A stretch of DNA of 64,000 nucleotides, taken from positions 21,204,001 to 21,268,000 of the forward strand of contig JBHGNT010000001.1 in the NCBI GenBank assembly GCA_043228905.1. Reading direction: 5' to 3'. Below are positions 12,164-27,300 of this stretch, in pieces. A model generated the notes under the pieces. That model saw nothing but the letters and a program-made list of their open reading frames with translations. It ran no database searches and was not told where the DNA came from. The position numbers were made by a program, and so were the translations under genes. Every line of letters begins with the position of its first letter. Position 1 is the first letter of the stretch. This DNA is from Azolla caroliniana. Lineage: Eukaryota; Plantae; Polypodiophyta.

Positions 12164-13510
12164 CCTCCCGTATCAACGATTCTAGGTCGCACTCCTCCAT
12201 ATCATTACGCATCGAGCTCTCTTCCGGCGATAGTGCGTAGTCACTCACCACTCTCCCTTCTCCACCACTCGCGGGCCGTGTTATGGCCAACCGCCTCACA
12301 TCATGTTGCCGACACACCCACTGTACTTCGGACCACTCCTTAGTGAGACCGTGTGCTCCGTAATCATCTTGAAGCTCGAATAGGAGGTCCATTCTTTTCT
12401 CTTGATGAACCGTCTTAAAAAATAGGAGGACTTTGTTCGCCCCCACCGATCTCCGATTTCGCTTCGAGAGTTGAGAGAAACAACGCTCAAACTCTCAGAA
12501 TGCCTCAATCGCGCTCCGATGGGGCTTCGCCGACGCCACCCACCAATCGAACTCTTGCTGACTTCGCCCCTTCAGTTTCTCGTACTCGTACGCCTCCAAT
12601 AGAGCTCCCTCGAAGGACTCCCATGATTCGTGAGCTTCTCGAAGCTCCTTGACCTCTTTGTGCGTCGATACGGCCGCCACTCGACAAAAAAAATCTAGTC
12701 GTATCGCTTCGTCCACACCCCTCTCCGTCATTTCAGCATTATAAGCCCCCAAAAATTTTGGGGCATCATCCACGTTGAACCAGACGACTCGACCGACCAC
12801 CCTTTCGACGGCTTGTTGAGCCGCATCTCACTTCGCCTTCTTCCGTTCGGCATCCATCACGATCTTTGCCATTATCTCCGCAAAGTCGAAGTCTTCGTCT
12901 TCCATCTCCGTCCTCCCTTGCCGCCTCTTCACATCGAGTTCACCAAATTAATGTCGCGAGAGTACGTGTAGGATCCGAGGCGGGACCATGAGGGTCTTGG
13001 ATTAGGGAGTAGAGGAGAAGGAATAAGACACAAAATGGACGCTTAGCTCAAGAGGAGAAGAGGAAGAATAACACATAAACATAGAATAGAATAGATGGAG
13101 GCAAGATACACCCACAAGACAAGAAAATCAACATGCTATATTAAGAGTTCACAAAAGACTACAACCAAGGCCGCCTAGGCTGCACCAAAACGACTACAAG
13201 AAAACCCTCACCGGATGAGTAAGTAAAGAAGTATAGTAAAACCCTAAAGGAAACCCAAGAAGAAACCCTAAAACCGAATAGGACCCCTCGACCTAAGTGG
13301 TATACCTCTCTCACTCAAAATAGGCAACAACTTCACAAATGACCCCTCCCTTCCTTTTATAGCCCAAGGAGGGAGGGGCCTTACAATGTGGGATAAATTT
13401 CCCCTCTTTATTCTATACACCATTTTACATTGTAAATGTGCACATGTTGCACACCGCCAACTTGCCCATTCCATCCCGGTTTCACACCGTAGCCGGAAAT
13501 CTTCACGACA
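12164..13510 (-). mobile_element. Trp-primed gypsy: 5' LTR (13510-12952), PBS (12945-12928), gag fragment
   Basis: TGTCGTGAAGAT...CGCGACA; PBS TGGTGAACTCGATGTGAA; gag ORFs 12495-12800 and 12159-12446 resemble 41707 gag (ESWESFEGALLEAY vs ATWAEFKKALLAEY; DKVLLF-like motif). Confidence 0.85.
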
Positions 13511-14055
13511 GCGTGAGCCTCCACAATTTTCCCATTGGCATGATACATTGGCATTGCAAAAGGCCTCATTTACAGAGGAATCTAGTGATGCATCATGAAG
13601 CAAATGTGTTGCATCCCATCTACTGAACCACTTTTTTTTTTCATATTTTGCATCCAACAGGAACACAAAAATTTGTTTTTATGAGTCTTTTGGATTTTTA
13701 TGCTCGCTTCCCATGCGATTCTAGGAAGTTGATGTGAGGGACTTTTTTGAACCTTAAGCATGTATTCAACAGCCCTTTCCATGGCCAAGATCTCAATTGG
13801 AAGTGATACTGTGTCAAGGAGGAGGAGGATGTACGACATTTATTTCTTAACTTGTAGAAACTTTGTAAGAAAATGTTTTTGGACATTTTCAAACTCTTTC
13901 CAAGTAGATTTAGGGATGCTACCACCCCATAGAAAAGCATTGGTGTCACCAAAGTGTTGAAAATGTATTTCTTGAGGACCCAACACTTAATATCTCCACG
14001 ATTGCACGTGTTCTCAAATGCATAATATGCTCGCTTTCCTGTCTCTAAGCGGTGT
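13511..14055 (-). mobile_element. Non-LTR retrotransposon (LINE) fragment, post-RT region
   Basis: VTPMLFYGV matches ITPTLLYGVE in the LINE at 25696; nucleotide similarity to 27285-27690. Confidence 0.7.
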
Positions 14056-15090
14056 GAGAGAGAGAGAGAGAGAGAATGGTGATGTCACCATTTCATGCAT
14101 TGTGATTGAATTTGTGCTATCTCATTGCCTTAATCTTGGCAGTATTTGACTTCTTTTCTATAGTTGTGGTGTGAGATTTTAAGGCATGGAGGAGGGATTA
14201 GGTCAAACATTGGGTTATCCTAAATCCAACAATATTTTCATAAGAAGTGCTGACATGGAGTAAGACTGCTCTAGTTTGATAGGGAGGAATATGTCAAGCA
14301 TTTTGAATGTACAACTTTTCATAAATTGGCCATCGCCAGATACATGTAAGGTTTATCTAGGAGGAGTATGGCTTACATCATCTTCGCCCATACATTTGGA
14401 AACCAATTGGAAGATGGACATTACATAGAAATATCTTTAGATATAAGGGATCAGGAATTTTTGTGGATTTTGAGTTTACATAGAAATATGGTCAAATGTT
14501 AATTTGTTGACATTTGTGCTCATCGGGAACATTTTGGTGGGTGTCATTGTCTCGTATCTATCAAGCTTGTTCTTGTGCATATGATTAATTACCGCCATAT
14601 TGTCAGCATAATGACCATTTTCCAAGGCGTTTGTGTGAGTCAAAGGAAAGGTCACGTCGATTACATGCAAGTATCAATGCACACAGACTCTTTGAAGGAA
14701 TGATGAAATCAATCTTTGATGCAAGTGTGAAGTCGACGGAAAGATAAGTTACGAGGATGCTACAAAGGAAGGTCAATCAAATGCACAGGTAGGTGTGATA
14801 CATAGTGTTCTGGAGTGGAACAAAGAGGTGTGACGAGTGCTCTAGAATGGCCTGTTGTGGGTGGATGGAATGGACCGAACCGGACCAACCAAACTGGTCA
14901 GCGGTGCGGCGTTGCTGCTTGGCTCCTCCTCTTGCTTTCCTAGGAGCAGGAGCAAGAGGAGGAGGAGGCAACAAGCAGGAAAACTAGTGGGTGGGTGGGT
15001 GGGCAGGCAGGCAAGCATTAATATGTAGTGGGAGGAGGATATATGTATGTATACTGTATACAATATGGTATATGTATGTAAATATATGAT

Positions 15091-15092
15091 AT

Positions 15093-15123
<31 letters not shown>

Positions 15124-15128
15124 CGTGT
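15091..15128. repeat. (GT)n(GC)n microsatellite upstream of the DnaJ gene
   Basis: Directly visible alternating purine-pyrimidine tract. Confidence 0.9.
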
Positions 15129-15316
15129 AGAAGCAGCTGAGTGGAAAAAGGGAGAGGAGCTTGCCCCCCCTCCCCCTTTTGTTTCTTCTCTCCCATGTTT
15201 TGATGGCGTCAATGGAAACGTCGAGGTCCCATACTTGTTCTTGTTGTTGATGGAGATGAAGACGGAAATCTCTTCTGTTTCTCCTCTGCACAACATCATC
15301 ATCATCATCATCATCC

Positions 15317-18300
15317 ATGGCCAAATCTCATGATCCTCCCCTTCCCCCTCACAGTCACTGCAACACTTCTTCTTCTTCTTCCTCCTCCTCCTCTTCTGCA
15401 CCACCTCCACCTCCACCTCCTCCTCCTCCTTCCGCCCCTTCTTCAAAACATTCAAAAAACAGTCGCAGAAGAGGAGTGAACAAAGGCTCTCGGAACGATA
15501 AACAGGGACGCCAACAAGAACAGCAAGAAGCAGACGATGAAGAAGGAAGAAAGAATGTCGAAACTTCCTCAAGAAGTTCCTTCAAATCCTCATCTGATGC
15601 CTCATCTTCATCCTCATCCTCATCCTCATCTCCTTCTTCATCATCATCATCATCTTCTTCTTCAAGATTTACCAACGGCTTTCATCCTGCAGAGAGACCT
15701 ATCAAAGAGGAAGAAGAAGAAGGAAAAGAAGCTAGAACCCCCAGAGCAGAGGCTTCTTCTTCTAGAACAGGAGGACTTTATCTTGAAGAAAGATTCTCTT
15801 TTTGCAAAAATTATGTGATTTCTTTATACAATGATCAGAAACCTCACGTGGATGCGTTCATAGAAAGAATTATTGAATGGAAAACTCGAAGTCAATCTCT
15901 CATGGAAAGAGCATGGCCTCCGTTACAAAGGATTTTGATCACAATCGGAAGTATTGCATTAACTCTCTTCCTGGCTTGGTTGAATTGCTTCATTCAAGGA
16001 TTCAAATCTCTTGTTCAGCTCGGATCAGCTGCTATTTTCATGATTATTTGCTGTAGTGTAATGAACCTTGGCTTTCTTGGCGGTTTTATCAAGCTTCTAG
16101 TAGCCCTGGTAAGTTCTTTTTAGATTGTTATGGTGCTAGTTAATGGTTAATTTTTCTTCCCCAGGACAAATAGTCATTGATGAAAGAAGAATAGTCATGG
16201 ACAAATAGTTACTGTGCGTCTTCTAATAATCAATGCCTCTCTTATAAGGATTTAATATCAATTATATCATTCAAGGATAAGTACAATTACCATGTTTTCA
16301 ACCATAAGCGGTCACATTCATGAACATTGGATGAAAGAAACAGATCTGCATGCTTGGTATAATCAGTCAGCCAGGTTCCAAAGCAGCAATATAAATTGCT
16401 ATATTAGTAACTAAATCAGCCATCTTCACTCTATTCCTTCCCTGCTCCCTTTGGATCCCTCAATTCAGAGGAATCATAATAACTAGAGCCATTACTCTTT
16501 GTTGTGGACGTCACGGATGCCAGCCTTGATCACAACCTCAATTTGCATAGCTTCGTGAGGTCAACACCATCATTACATGATAGCAGTGATGCCTTCCTTG
16601 TCCCATCTACTGTTCCATATTGGTACCCTGGCATTGATGTGTTAACATAAACAGTTGGATTCTTTGTCGTGTCTCATAGGCCATTATGCTCTTTAGAGAT
16701 GTTTATCTTTCTTTTGGCCACCATGCCGTCCTCAAAGGAAGCCTAGAGGTACAATATTGCCGACTGGCATTTCTATTATTTTTGTCTTGTGTTCAATTAG
16801 ATGACACATGTCTAGCCCTGATAAAAAATAGTGTTTGAAATTTATTCTTTCTTTTCATAGGATCTGAAGAGTTTCAGAACTAGCTTGAGAAATAGATTTG
16901 GCTACTGTGGTTGGATTGGACACGTCTACAATATTTTCTTGTTTAATGCTCAATTTTATTTCCCAAGTAAATTTAGCTGATTATGATTTATTGTTGTGAA
17001 AGTTGAAATCGTACATGAAAACTGTTTTCGTGTTTCTTTGTTCTATACACACTTTTAATATTATGTCTTATGATTTTATTCCTCAAATTTTTTATATGCC
17101 TAATATCTTCCTTGGTCCTTCTAAAATTTTCCTTCACTATGTAGAATTGTTTTACATACATCCAGCAGAAAGTAGCACGATATGCATGGATGGTGGAGGC
17201 AGCAGATGTTTAATGTTTTATGCAATGTTTTGAAAGTAATTTCCCATGACAATGTAAAATTTGATGTGAACATTTCGATCTTTGATGTTCTCTTCTATGT
17301 TTCTCTAGCATTTCTCTTTTACTTTGTAGCTTGACCACTCACTGTGAAGTTCATCCATTGGGTTACATCATTTGTTGAGAAAAAGTAAACATGTGGATTG
17401 GTGATGTTGGATTACTATTTTTTGCTTGGCAATTATTACGTGTACTCTGATATCTAAGCTCAATTGAAGAAAAGCATTGGGAAAAAGAAGTTATTTAGCA
17501 GTATTTAAATTGATGAAGTTTTGTTTCCTCTGTTTCTCTCTTTTCATGATTTGATTGTAAAAGTTGTAAACTATTTCTAATAGAAAATCTAACCTAGACT
17601 AAGTTGCAAGTGTTTCAGGTTTTCTTTTACCATTATATTGGCAACCTTTAGTGTTGTCTTATAAGAAGCATGTGTGCAGGTTATTCTAACACGTGATTAC
17701 TTCTGTCTCAAGGTGTAATCCACCTTAATTAAATAGGCTAATGATTGAGAATTACGCAGAAACTCCCCCTGACATGAGTGCTCTAAATAAATAAGAGTGT
17801 AGGTTGTGGATATCTCTGACTCAGAACAGAATATAGCTCGCCATTTAATGATCTTTTTCACTTACTACAAAGCATATGTATAAGAGGAATGAAGTCTAGA
17901 TACATGCAAGATATATCACAATTAGGTCATTTTGGTTAAAATATCCTTGGCCACATACCTATGATGCTCTTTTTCATTATTATTTCTTAATTTTTATGAT
18001 TCCTTTTTGTACAGGGTTTTTCTGGCGCTGCAGCCTTTTTCCTTGGATATATGTATGCACTTTGGATTTTTGGCATCTTTGGTGGGGCCATTCTCTTGTT
18101 ATATGGTAGTGTTTGGCTTACTGGAGGCGTATTGCTGATAGGAGGTAAGTCCTCGTTTGATTGTGTTTCAGGAAATCAGGATTAAGGTATTAGAGTAGAG
18201 CAGTTGAGATGGGATGATATCTCCTCAAAAAAATCATAGTCTGAAAGTGCCCCTAGAAAATGTTTGATGCAGAGGCAAACAGGAGGGAAATCATGATTAA

Positions 18301-21300
18301 GGTATTAGAGTAGAGCAGTTTGAGATGGGATGATATCTCCTCCAAAAAAATCATAGTCTGAAAGTGCTCCTAGAAAATGTTTGATACAGAGGCAAACAGG
18401 AAAGGTAAAGAACCCCAAGGCTCTGTAATTGGTCAACGGGGCACAGTAATATTGGGAAACATCATACTTGGAGGATTGTGATGGGAAGATCAGGAGATAG
18501 AAAACAACATATATAGCTACCTCATGATATATATAGGATAGATACAGTTAGTATATGATAATGTGAGTTGTATCATGTCTCAATCTATACACTTATCCAC
18601 TTATCCACTTATCCACTTATCCATGTCCAGAATCCATCTTTAATGTTTGTCAAGAAAATCGTGTATCTTCATTCATTTTCGTTTCAAATGGATGATCATG
18701 TTGAATGTGCATTCTGATTTCTTTCATAGTGACATTATTTTATGATTCCCTGTATAAATTATTTCAATAAACCTGATCCATGTTATAGGCTGCTCAGTAA
18801 TATTCATGGAAGCATTTATTACCTTTTGGATTTCTGATTTTTCCTCGTTTCGTTTCTCTGCAGTGGTACTTTTTATTATGGATCAACCACGCTTGTCAGT
18901 GCTGGTTGGGTTATTGTACTCCACATATTCAGCTATAACCATTGGCGGGGGTTTTGCATTTACCATATGCCTCAATTTGGCATTCATATTTAGCAACTTT
19001 ATGATCTACTTACTACACACAAATGCTCGTAATAGTAGCACCCAAGATGCTTTTAGCCAAGAAAATAAATCCAAACATAAAAAAGAGAAAGGCTCCAAGC
19101 ATGCAGATTCTAAAGGTGCATTTAAAGCTGAGGTTTCAGGTATTTCTGGAAGTGCTTCAACCAGTGAAGTTGAAGCTAGCATGGGTGATGGGGAAGTAGA
19201 ACGAGTTTTAAACTGCAAGGACCATTATGCTGTTCTAGAGTTGTCACGCTTTGCTGAAGTCGATCTTTCTGCTCTGAAGCGAGATTACAGGAAGAAGGTA
19301 TGATTGCTTCTTATGATGATAACTTTGAAGGATTAAATGCATGATTAGACTATCTATTGGATGCACCTTATTCCTTTCTTGTGCATACTATTGAAACATT
19401 AGGCAATGCTGCTACACCCAGACAAGAACTTAGGAAATACAGTTGCAGAGGAAGCGTTTAAACGCCTGCAGAATGCATATGAGGTAATTAATTTCTGATG
19501 GTTATTCAGGATGATTAAATATTGCAAAATGATATGATATTCCATGTTTTGATGAATTTTTTGATGATTTATGAGAGTAGATCTTATTAGATCCATCGAA
19601 AAAACTTGGTTATGATGAAGAGCTAAAAAGAGAGGAGATGGTTTTGGCTTTCAAACATTTTCAGCAAGAACTGTTTCAGGTATTCTTTTTCTCTTAATAT
19701 GCATCATATTTCTAAAATAACTGACATTATCATGCCCGTCTAACAAGTCATTGTACTTCTCGCGAATTAGCTAATATTCATCCTTCACTAGGTTTTCATT
19801 GCATACCTTGCACGCCTTCATACCTAGGTTATCATGCTACCTCAACACCTAAGTTGTGTGAGCAAGTTTGAAGAAGTGTTAAAGAGCCAAGGCTTATGAG
19901 GGATAGTAAAATGTGGTTAGATACATTCACGCATATTTACCATAAGGAGTAAAGGACATTATGTGTGAATCAAGGGTCATTCTACTCACCAGGATTATGA
20001 TCACTAACGTATATTAGGAGGACCAAATTGCAAAAAGGATGTCAGCATAGAGATTGTTCTACCTCCTAACAACTGCCAAGCTTTGCTGCAATATTCCCTT
20101 AGTAGGGCCAACACAATAAATGCCGTGAAAATCAATCGACTTTCCTTGTTCCTTAGAAAATCACCTACTCCAAGAAATAATCATATGTGAATTACATGAC
20201 CAATTTTGTTATTGTCAAATATCATTTTTGTTAGGTTGTGGACCGTAAATCAACAAGCAAAATAGACTTTGATGATACACAGAACAGAGAAAAGATTGAA
20301 AGACAGCAAAATACACAGTACACAAGTTTTACGTGGAAACCTTATAACAAGGGAAAACCACGGACCAACAGACTTTCACTATGAAGAGAGGGAAGTACAA
20401 GAGAAAGGTTACAAATCTCTGAAAACAGAGAATACTGCCTTAGGGTTTTGGCAAGTTCCACTAAACTTTGCCGTCTCTCACTCACTTTCACTCTTGTGTC
20501 CTACCTTCTCTCTGTAGCTCTACAATACTCACTCTACACAGTTCTGCCACTTCATCTACACACTCCTACAAAGTTTACCCTAGCTCTACATATAATTGTT
20601 GGAGGGTGGCAGTTCCAAACCTGCACTCTCTTTAATCTTTATTATCTGTGTACTACATTCTCTCTCTTCCTAGATTCTTCTCTCTCTAGATCTGCAACGC
20701 TTTAAATGCCCTTTGTCTCTTCCACTTTTTCCAAGATATTCCCTTTTTTTTATTCCTAGTTTATTGTACCTGTTTGGTAGTACAAGAGTCTCTTAACTAC
20801 CAAACAACCATTCACAATTTTGTATAAATAGGCTTATACCAGCCTCTTTTGTAAGAAGATTATTTTCTGCTGCTACTTAGAAACAAGCACAACTCTTTGG
20901 CTGTGTCTCTACTCTTTGCAACCATTTTTTCTACTGCTGTCTAACAGCCTTCTCACAGCTTGGCTGTGTCTATTTTGTTCTAACTCTTCCGCTGTTGCTA
21001 TTAACAGCTTTTCTCACAATAATATACATGGGAATAAGGTATTATTAACTGATAACAATAGTAGTTAATCAGTCGACCAATCGACTCGATTGCCCGACCC
21101 ACAAGTTGACAGTCCAATCGATTCAACTAGCCAACTCTTGTGTCGGCTATCCAGTCGGTTTGACTGGTAGACTTTGTCATCGATCATCAGGTTGGCCCGA
21201 CCAGTCGGCCTAGTCTTTCACTTGGATCATCCATCCAATATAGTCGACCTCCAACTCGTCTCTCTCTGGTCAATCCGGCCGACCTACCAAATAGCAATGG

Positions 21301-24300
21301 GCACGGTTTCAGCTCAAACCGAACTGAACTGTTAAGCCATGGTTTAACGGTTTATTGGCTCTAAAATAATTTAATGGTTTGATTTGGTTTGGATTTTTGA
21401 TAAACGGTTTGGTTTCGGTTCAATTCGGTTCTAAAACTCAGGTTTATAGGTTTGGTTTAAAGATTTATAGGTTTTTGGTTAACGTTTTGTTTACCTTAAT
21501 AGTTTATTAATTTAATGGTTTAATTCATGGTTTTTTATTGATTTAATTAATTTAACTTAAATGTTTATTTAATTTAATGGTTCAATTAAAGTTTCTTTTA
21601 TTGATTTAATAAATTTAACTTAAATGCTTATTTAATTTAATGTATTTTTGTTTAGTTAGATGTTTAATTAGTTTGATTTAAATGGTTAGGTTTAAATTTT
21701 TTATTAAATGGTTCGGTTTGGTTACAACTTTTCCCTAAACGGTTTGGTTTGGTTTTTGTTTTATATAAACAATTCGTTTTTTGTTTGGTTCGGTTTCTTT
21801 GCCTTGAAACCGAACTGAACCATGCCCATTGCTACTACTAGATTTCGACTACCGATTCTCTCAATCGACATCTGACTTCTCCCATTAGGAGGGACAAAAT
21901 CCTAACAAACTCCCCCTTCACTCCTGTAGGGAGAGTCGGCCAATCTTGTCTTCTGTTGACAAGCTCTGAGTTTGTCCATAGGTAGGATTTTCGTGAGCAT
22001 GTTAGATCCATTATCATCAATATGGATCTTCACAAGGGTAAACTCTTCCTCTTTCACTTTCTCTCGTAACCAGTGATACCTTCTTTGTATATGCTTGGTT
22101 CGAGAGTGGTAAGCAGCGTTCTTGGCTAGATGTATGGCACTCTTATTATCATAGTGGAATAGGAATTTTTCTTGTTTCATTCTAATTCACTGAGAAAATT
22201 CTTTATCCATATAAACTCCTTTCCAACCTCTACTACAACCATATATTCTACCTCCGTGGTCGACAAAGCCACAACCTTTTGCAATCTCGACTGCCATGAC
22301 ATTGCTCCCCTTGCATAGGTCATCACATAACCTGATGTGGATCGACTATAGTCTACATCTCTCGACATGTCTGAGTCGGTAAAACCGTCGAGCATAGGTT
22401 TTTCGTGCGTAGCCTACTGGTTTTGTTTCCGACATGTTAAAACTTTCTAAAACCTTTGTCACATATTTCTCTTGTGACAACCATAACACATTCTTAGTTC
22501 CCCAAGATTTGTTTGGCCGGTCCAAGTTTCCTGTAAGAGAATGGAGATTAGCTTATCAAAGCTGAAGCTCTCTTTACCTCTTGTAAGAAGCCTTATTGTT
22601 GTGGCGAAGCCTTGATATTCCGGAATCGCGGCAAGAACTTTAGAAACTAGCTGCTTGTCTGAAATCACTTCATCAATGTTGAGTAGTTGTTCCTTGAAGT
22701 CCTTGATTATTGTTAAGAATGTGTCCATGGATTCACCTTCTTGCATCCTTGTTTCTTCAAGTTGCCGCTTAAGCATAGCGACTCTTGATTCATTCCTTTG
22801 AGCATACAAGTTCTTTAACACATCCCATGCACTTTTTGAGGTTGTGCAAGATCGGATATGTGGAACAATGTGACATTTGACCGATAATGTGATGAGAGCA
22901 CGGGTTTGAGCGTCCTTACCATCCCACTTAAGTTGTGAAGAAGTGGATTGTTGAGTGGAGCTTGAAGCATTGTTTGCGTCCGTTGTTCCTGAAGGGGAGG
23001 GAGAGTTTAGAGAAGAACTTGCAGCTGGACGTGCATCGGATCCGATGACAATGTCCCATAGCTGCTTTGCTACCAGTACATGTCTCATCATGTATGCCCA
23101 CATAGGATAGTTAGTACCATCCAACTTGTCTTCAGCATTAAGCATACCAAAAATATTAGTTTTCTCAGCCATTGCAGAAGCGAGAAATATGGATGAGATA
23201 TTGCAGTACTTGGTGGTTATATTCACCAAAATGTTCTAAAGCAATATAATATTGAAGAAATAGATGAGAGATAAGAGTTGCTCTGCTCTGCTGAAAACTT
23301 ACTTTGTTGTCGTAAAAATTGGTTGCTGCAGTTGCTGTGCAATTAGGGTTTGAGACTGCTACAAAACTTGTTTTGTCTGTACCTCCAAAGCCAAAAATCC
23401 GATTTGGGCGTGCAAGTAGTCAGAAGAATCAGCTCGTAATCTACTTTTTGAAAATGTGAAAGTAGGGAAAGTTCGCCTCTGCTGCAGTTTGCTATTCGAA
23501 CTTTTGTTGCTGTAGATGGAGAGGTTTGATGTCTTCTTAGGTGGGAAGAGATAAACAGAAAGATCTATGTATGCCTATTTTGAAGTATAGGATAGAGAAA
23601 GTAACCTAAACCTGTTTTGATACCATATGTAGAAAATGCAGGGATCTTAGACTAACTATCACACAACAAGATCACTTAGAAGACTTAAGGAAATATCAGT
23701 AGATTAGGGAAAACGAGCATTGATTACAAAGATGTGGAATGGTTAATATAACCAGTTTCTATAGGTAGGTGGAAAACTACTCAAACTTTTGCTGTTTCCA
23801 GTCTTCAATCGTCTTGTCTTCCATAAATACTATGTCTCGACTCCCCGCCACTTTCTTGTCGAGTATATCCCACAGCCTGAAGCCGGATTCATTCTTTGCG
23901 TACCCCAGGAATATGCATGGTTTCTACTCGATGTCGAGTTTCGAACTTTGATACTTGGCAACATGCATATATGACAAGCATCCGAACACATTTAAGTGTT
24001 GATAAGAGACATCTTTACCTGTCCATACCCATTGTGGGACATCACCTTTCAGGGGCACTGAGGGAGACCTGTTGATCAGATAGACTCCCTTCAACATAGC
24101 TTCAGCCCAATATGACTTTGGAAGATTTGCATGTGACAGCATGCTCCTCACTCTTTGCATTATTGTTCGATTCATCCTCTCTGCAAGACCATTCAGTTCA
24201 GGGGTCTTAGGCACTGTATACTCGAGTTTTATGCCTTGGGTCTTGCAATATTCCTCGAACTGTTCTTTGTATTCGCCACCATTGTCGGTCCGGGCAGCCT

Positions 24301-27300
24301 TCAATATTCTTCCATACTCTCTTTCAGCTCTAGCCTGACAATCCTTAAAGACCGACAACACTTGATCTTTCGACTTTAGCACGAAAGCCCACAACTTTCT
24401 GCTATAGTCATCAATAAATGTCACAAAATATTGTCCACCATGGTGTGATGGAGCATCCACGTAGCATACATCCGTGTGGACTAGTTCTAGTGCACATTCT
24501 TTTCTCTTTGGTAGTCTTGAGTGAAACGCAGCTCTGTTTTGCTTTCCGACCAGGCAGTCAACACCCTTCTCCAAGTGTATTCCTTTTACTTTTGGAAGAG
24601 GTTTCTTGTCGGCCAGAATATGCATGCCTCTCTCGCTCATGTGACCAAGCCTCTTATGCCATAGCTCTCCACTTGAGTCGGCTGCCACGTTTGCTTCATC
24701 CTTGCACAACTTGGCATGCATCACATACAGTGTGCCCTGTTTCTGTGTGCGGGCCACTATGAGACTTCCTTTACAGAACTTCCACTTGCCATTTTGAAAA
24801 CAACCACTCACATCAATATACTTTGTGCCGGCATGAAACATTGCATTCTTTGCCAAACATATGGCACTCTGGCTATCACATCCAAGAATAGGTGCCTTTT
24901 CAAGCATCCCAAATTCACTGCATAAGCGGGCTAACCAAATGGTTTCTTTGGAAGCTTCTGTCGCTGAAGTATATTCAGTATCTATAGTAGATAGTGCAAC
25001 TATCCTTTGACGTCTAGAGTACCATGAAATAGCTCCACCTGCAAGGGTGTATACATAGCCACTTGCCGATTTGCTTGTATCCACATCACCTGCCATATGT
25101 GAATGACAAAATCCTTTTAATTCTAATGGACCCTTTCCATAACAGAGGCATTTACCTTTGGTCCCATTCAAATATCTCAAGATAGATTTGATTGCCTCCT
25201 AATGAACTCTACCAAAATTAGCCATGAACCTACTAACAACTCTGACTGCATGAGCAATGTCTGGCTGAGTGGCAACCATAGCATACATAAGTGAACCACA
25301 CGCTGATGCATATGGAACATTCTTCATGTGATTACCTGCATCATCATCTTTGGGACAATTGTCCTTGGAAAGCTTAACATGTGGCTGCAGTGGAACTCCA
25401 AGAGGCTTAACATCAGCCACATTAAAGCTGTCCAGCACTTTTTCAATGTACTTTTCTTGGGATAAATGCAAAGTATACTGCTGACTATCCCTTTTTATTC
25501 GCATACCAAGAATATGCTGCCTATCCCTTTTGACACTATGCCACGTGCTCGGCTTATGCAACGGCTAGAAACCCTTTATGGTCCTATAGATATGCAATGT
25601 GGAACCTATGCAGTCTATGAATCCGTGTTAGGAAACATGTGGTCTTCCAATGGTTTGTTAGAGGTGATGGCTAGCACAATCAAAGTGAAGCAAGGATGCC
25701 CACTGTCACCCACTCTCTCAGTCTCTATACAGATGAGGTATCACATTACATAGAGAGATTCAGGGGTTCGGGAGCATGCCTAGCAGGTATAGCTATACAA
25801 ATATTACTATATGTTGATGATATTGTGCTGATTTCTGACTCTCCGGAGGGACTACAAAGGCATCTAAATGCATTAAAACTATTTTGTATGGACAAAGGTT
25901 TGTCAATAAACATGGATAAAACTCAAACATGGGTAACAAGATCAGAACTGGAATTCTTCTTGGGAGAGGAAAAGGTGGAATACCCACGCTCCTACACATA
26001 CCTAGGAGTAACATTTATAGGGCCTAGGTTCTCCTTACAGGAGGCTGCTTGTGCCCGACTTTCTCGTGGATATGCAACCCTTAATGCTCTTGAGAGACAA
26101 TGTGCACATTTGCAGTTCCAAGAGGCACAAACTAAGCTGTGGTTATTTGATACACTTATCACACCAACACTTCTCTATGGAGTAGAAATGTGGGGACCAA
26201 GTCTTACCAACGCTGATCATTGGAAAGATTTAGAGAGACCTTTAGTGTCAATGATTGTCTGCATGTTCCCACGTGTCATAGGTAATTATGGGTTTTTCCA
26301 AAGTCCTAGGATAAGTAGTTTCCCACCATTTATCTTAACCTTAAATCATTGAAACTAGCTTGAATTATAAAGGTATAAATGTCCAAGATCTCTCCATTTG
26401 CTCATTTAAAAAGGCTATTTTACTCTATAGCTCTCTTAAGATCCTCTAGCACATATTTGAGTCACTTTTCTAGTGTGAACTAGCTCAAGTGCCCTAAAAT
26501 GCTATTCTATTGAAACAATATACTTTTGGACCTTGAAATAGATTATTAGGGGCTCTAAATACCCGTGTACCTTTTCTCTTTCCTCCTATGTTTTCTCTGT
26601 ATCTAAACCATTGTCTCTCTATTATAGTTATCATTCTTTTGCTATATGTAGATGATGTGGTGAAGATTTTAAACACTTTGTAGGATGCCTGAAACCTTAT
26701 GAATATATTTGGAAAACTTTTGTATGTATAAATATCTGAAATAACTCCAAAACAGAGGTCATGCTTATGAAGACTCAAAATAAGTTAAACCCTTGTGTAA
26801 TAACTATCCACTTGAAACTATATCTTGACTTGGGCTTGAGGTTCCCACCAATCATAGATGAAATCAATTTGCGACCCGCAGCTTAAAAGAAAGAATGAGA
26901 GCTTAGTATGCATCGAAGAACATATGGAAAGATTGAGAAATTAAATGTTGGGTTGATGTGGTGAAGATTTTAAACACTTTGTAGGATGCCTGAAACCTTA
27001 TGAATATATTTGGAAAACTTTTGTATGTATAAATATCTGAAATAACTCCAAAACAGAGGTCATGCTTATGAAGACTCAAAATAAGTTAAACCCTTGTGTA
27101 ATAACTATCCACTTGAAACTATATCTTGACTTGGGCTTGAGGTTCCCACCAATCATAGATGAAATCAATTTGCGACCCGCAGCTTAAAAGAAAGAATGAG
27201 AGCTTAGTATGCATCGAAGAACATATGGAAAGATTGAGAAATTAAATGTTGGGTTCTTAAGAAATACCTCTTTGACACATTGACAACATCCCCAAGTCTA

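Noticed and set aside
14476-15675. Divergent or antisense gene and uORF around the DnaJ start
   Set aside because: The ORFs derive largely from microsatellites and the antisense of Ser/Pro runs; no supporting motifs or splice structure.
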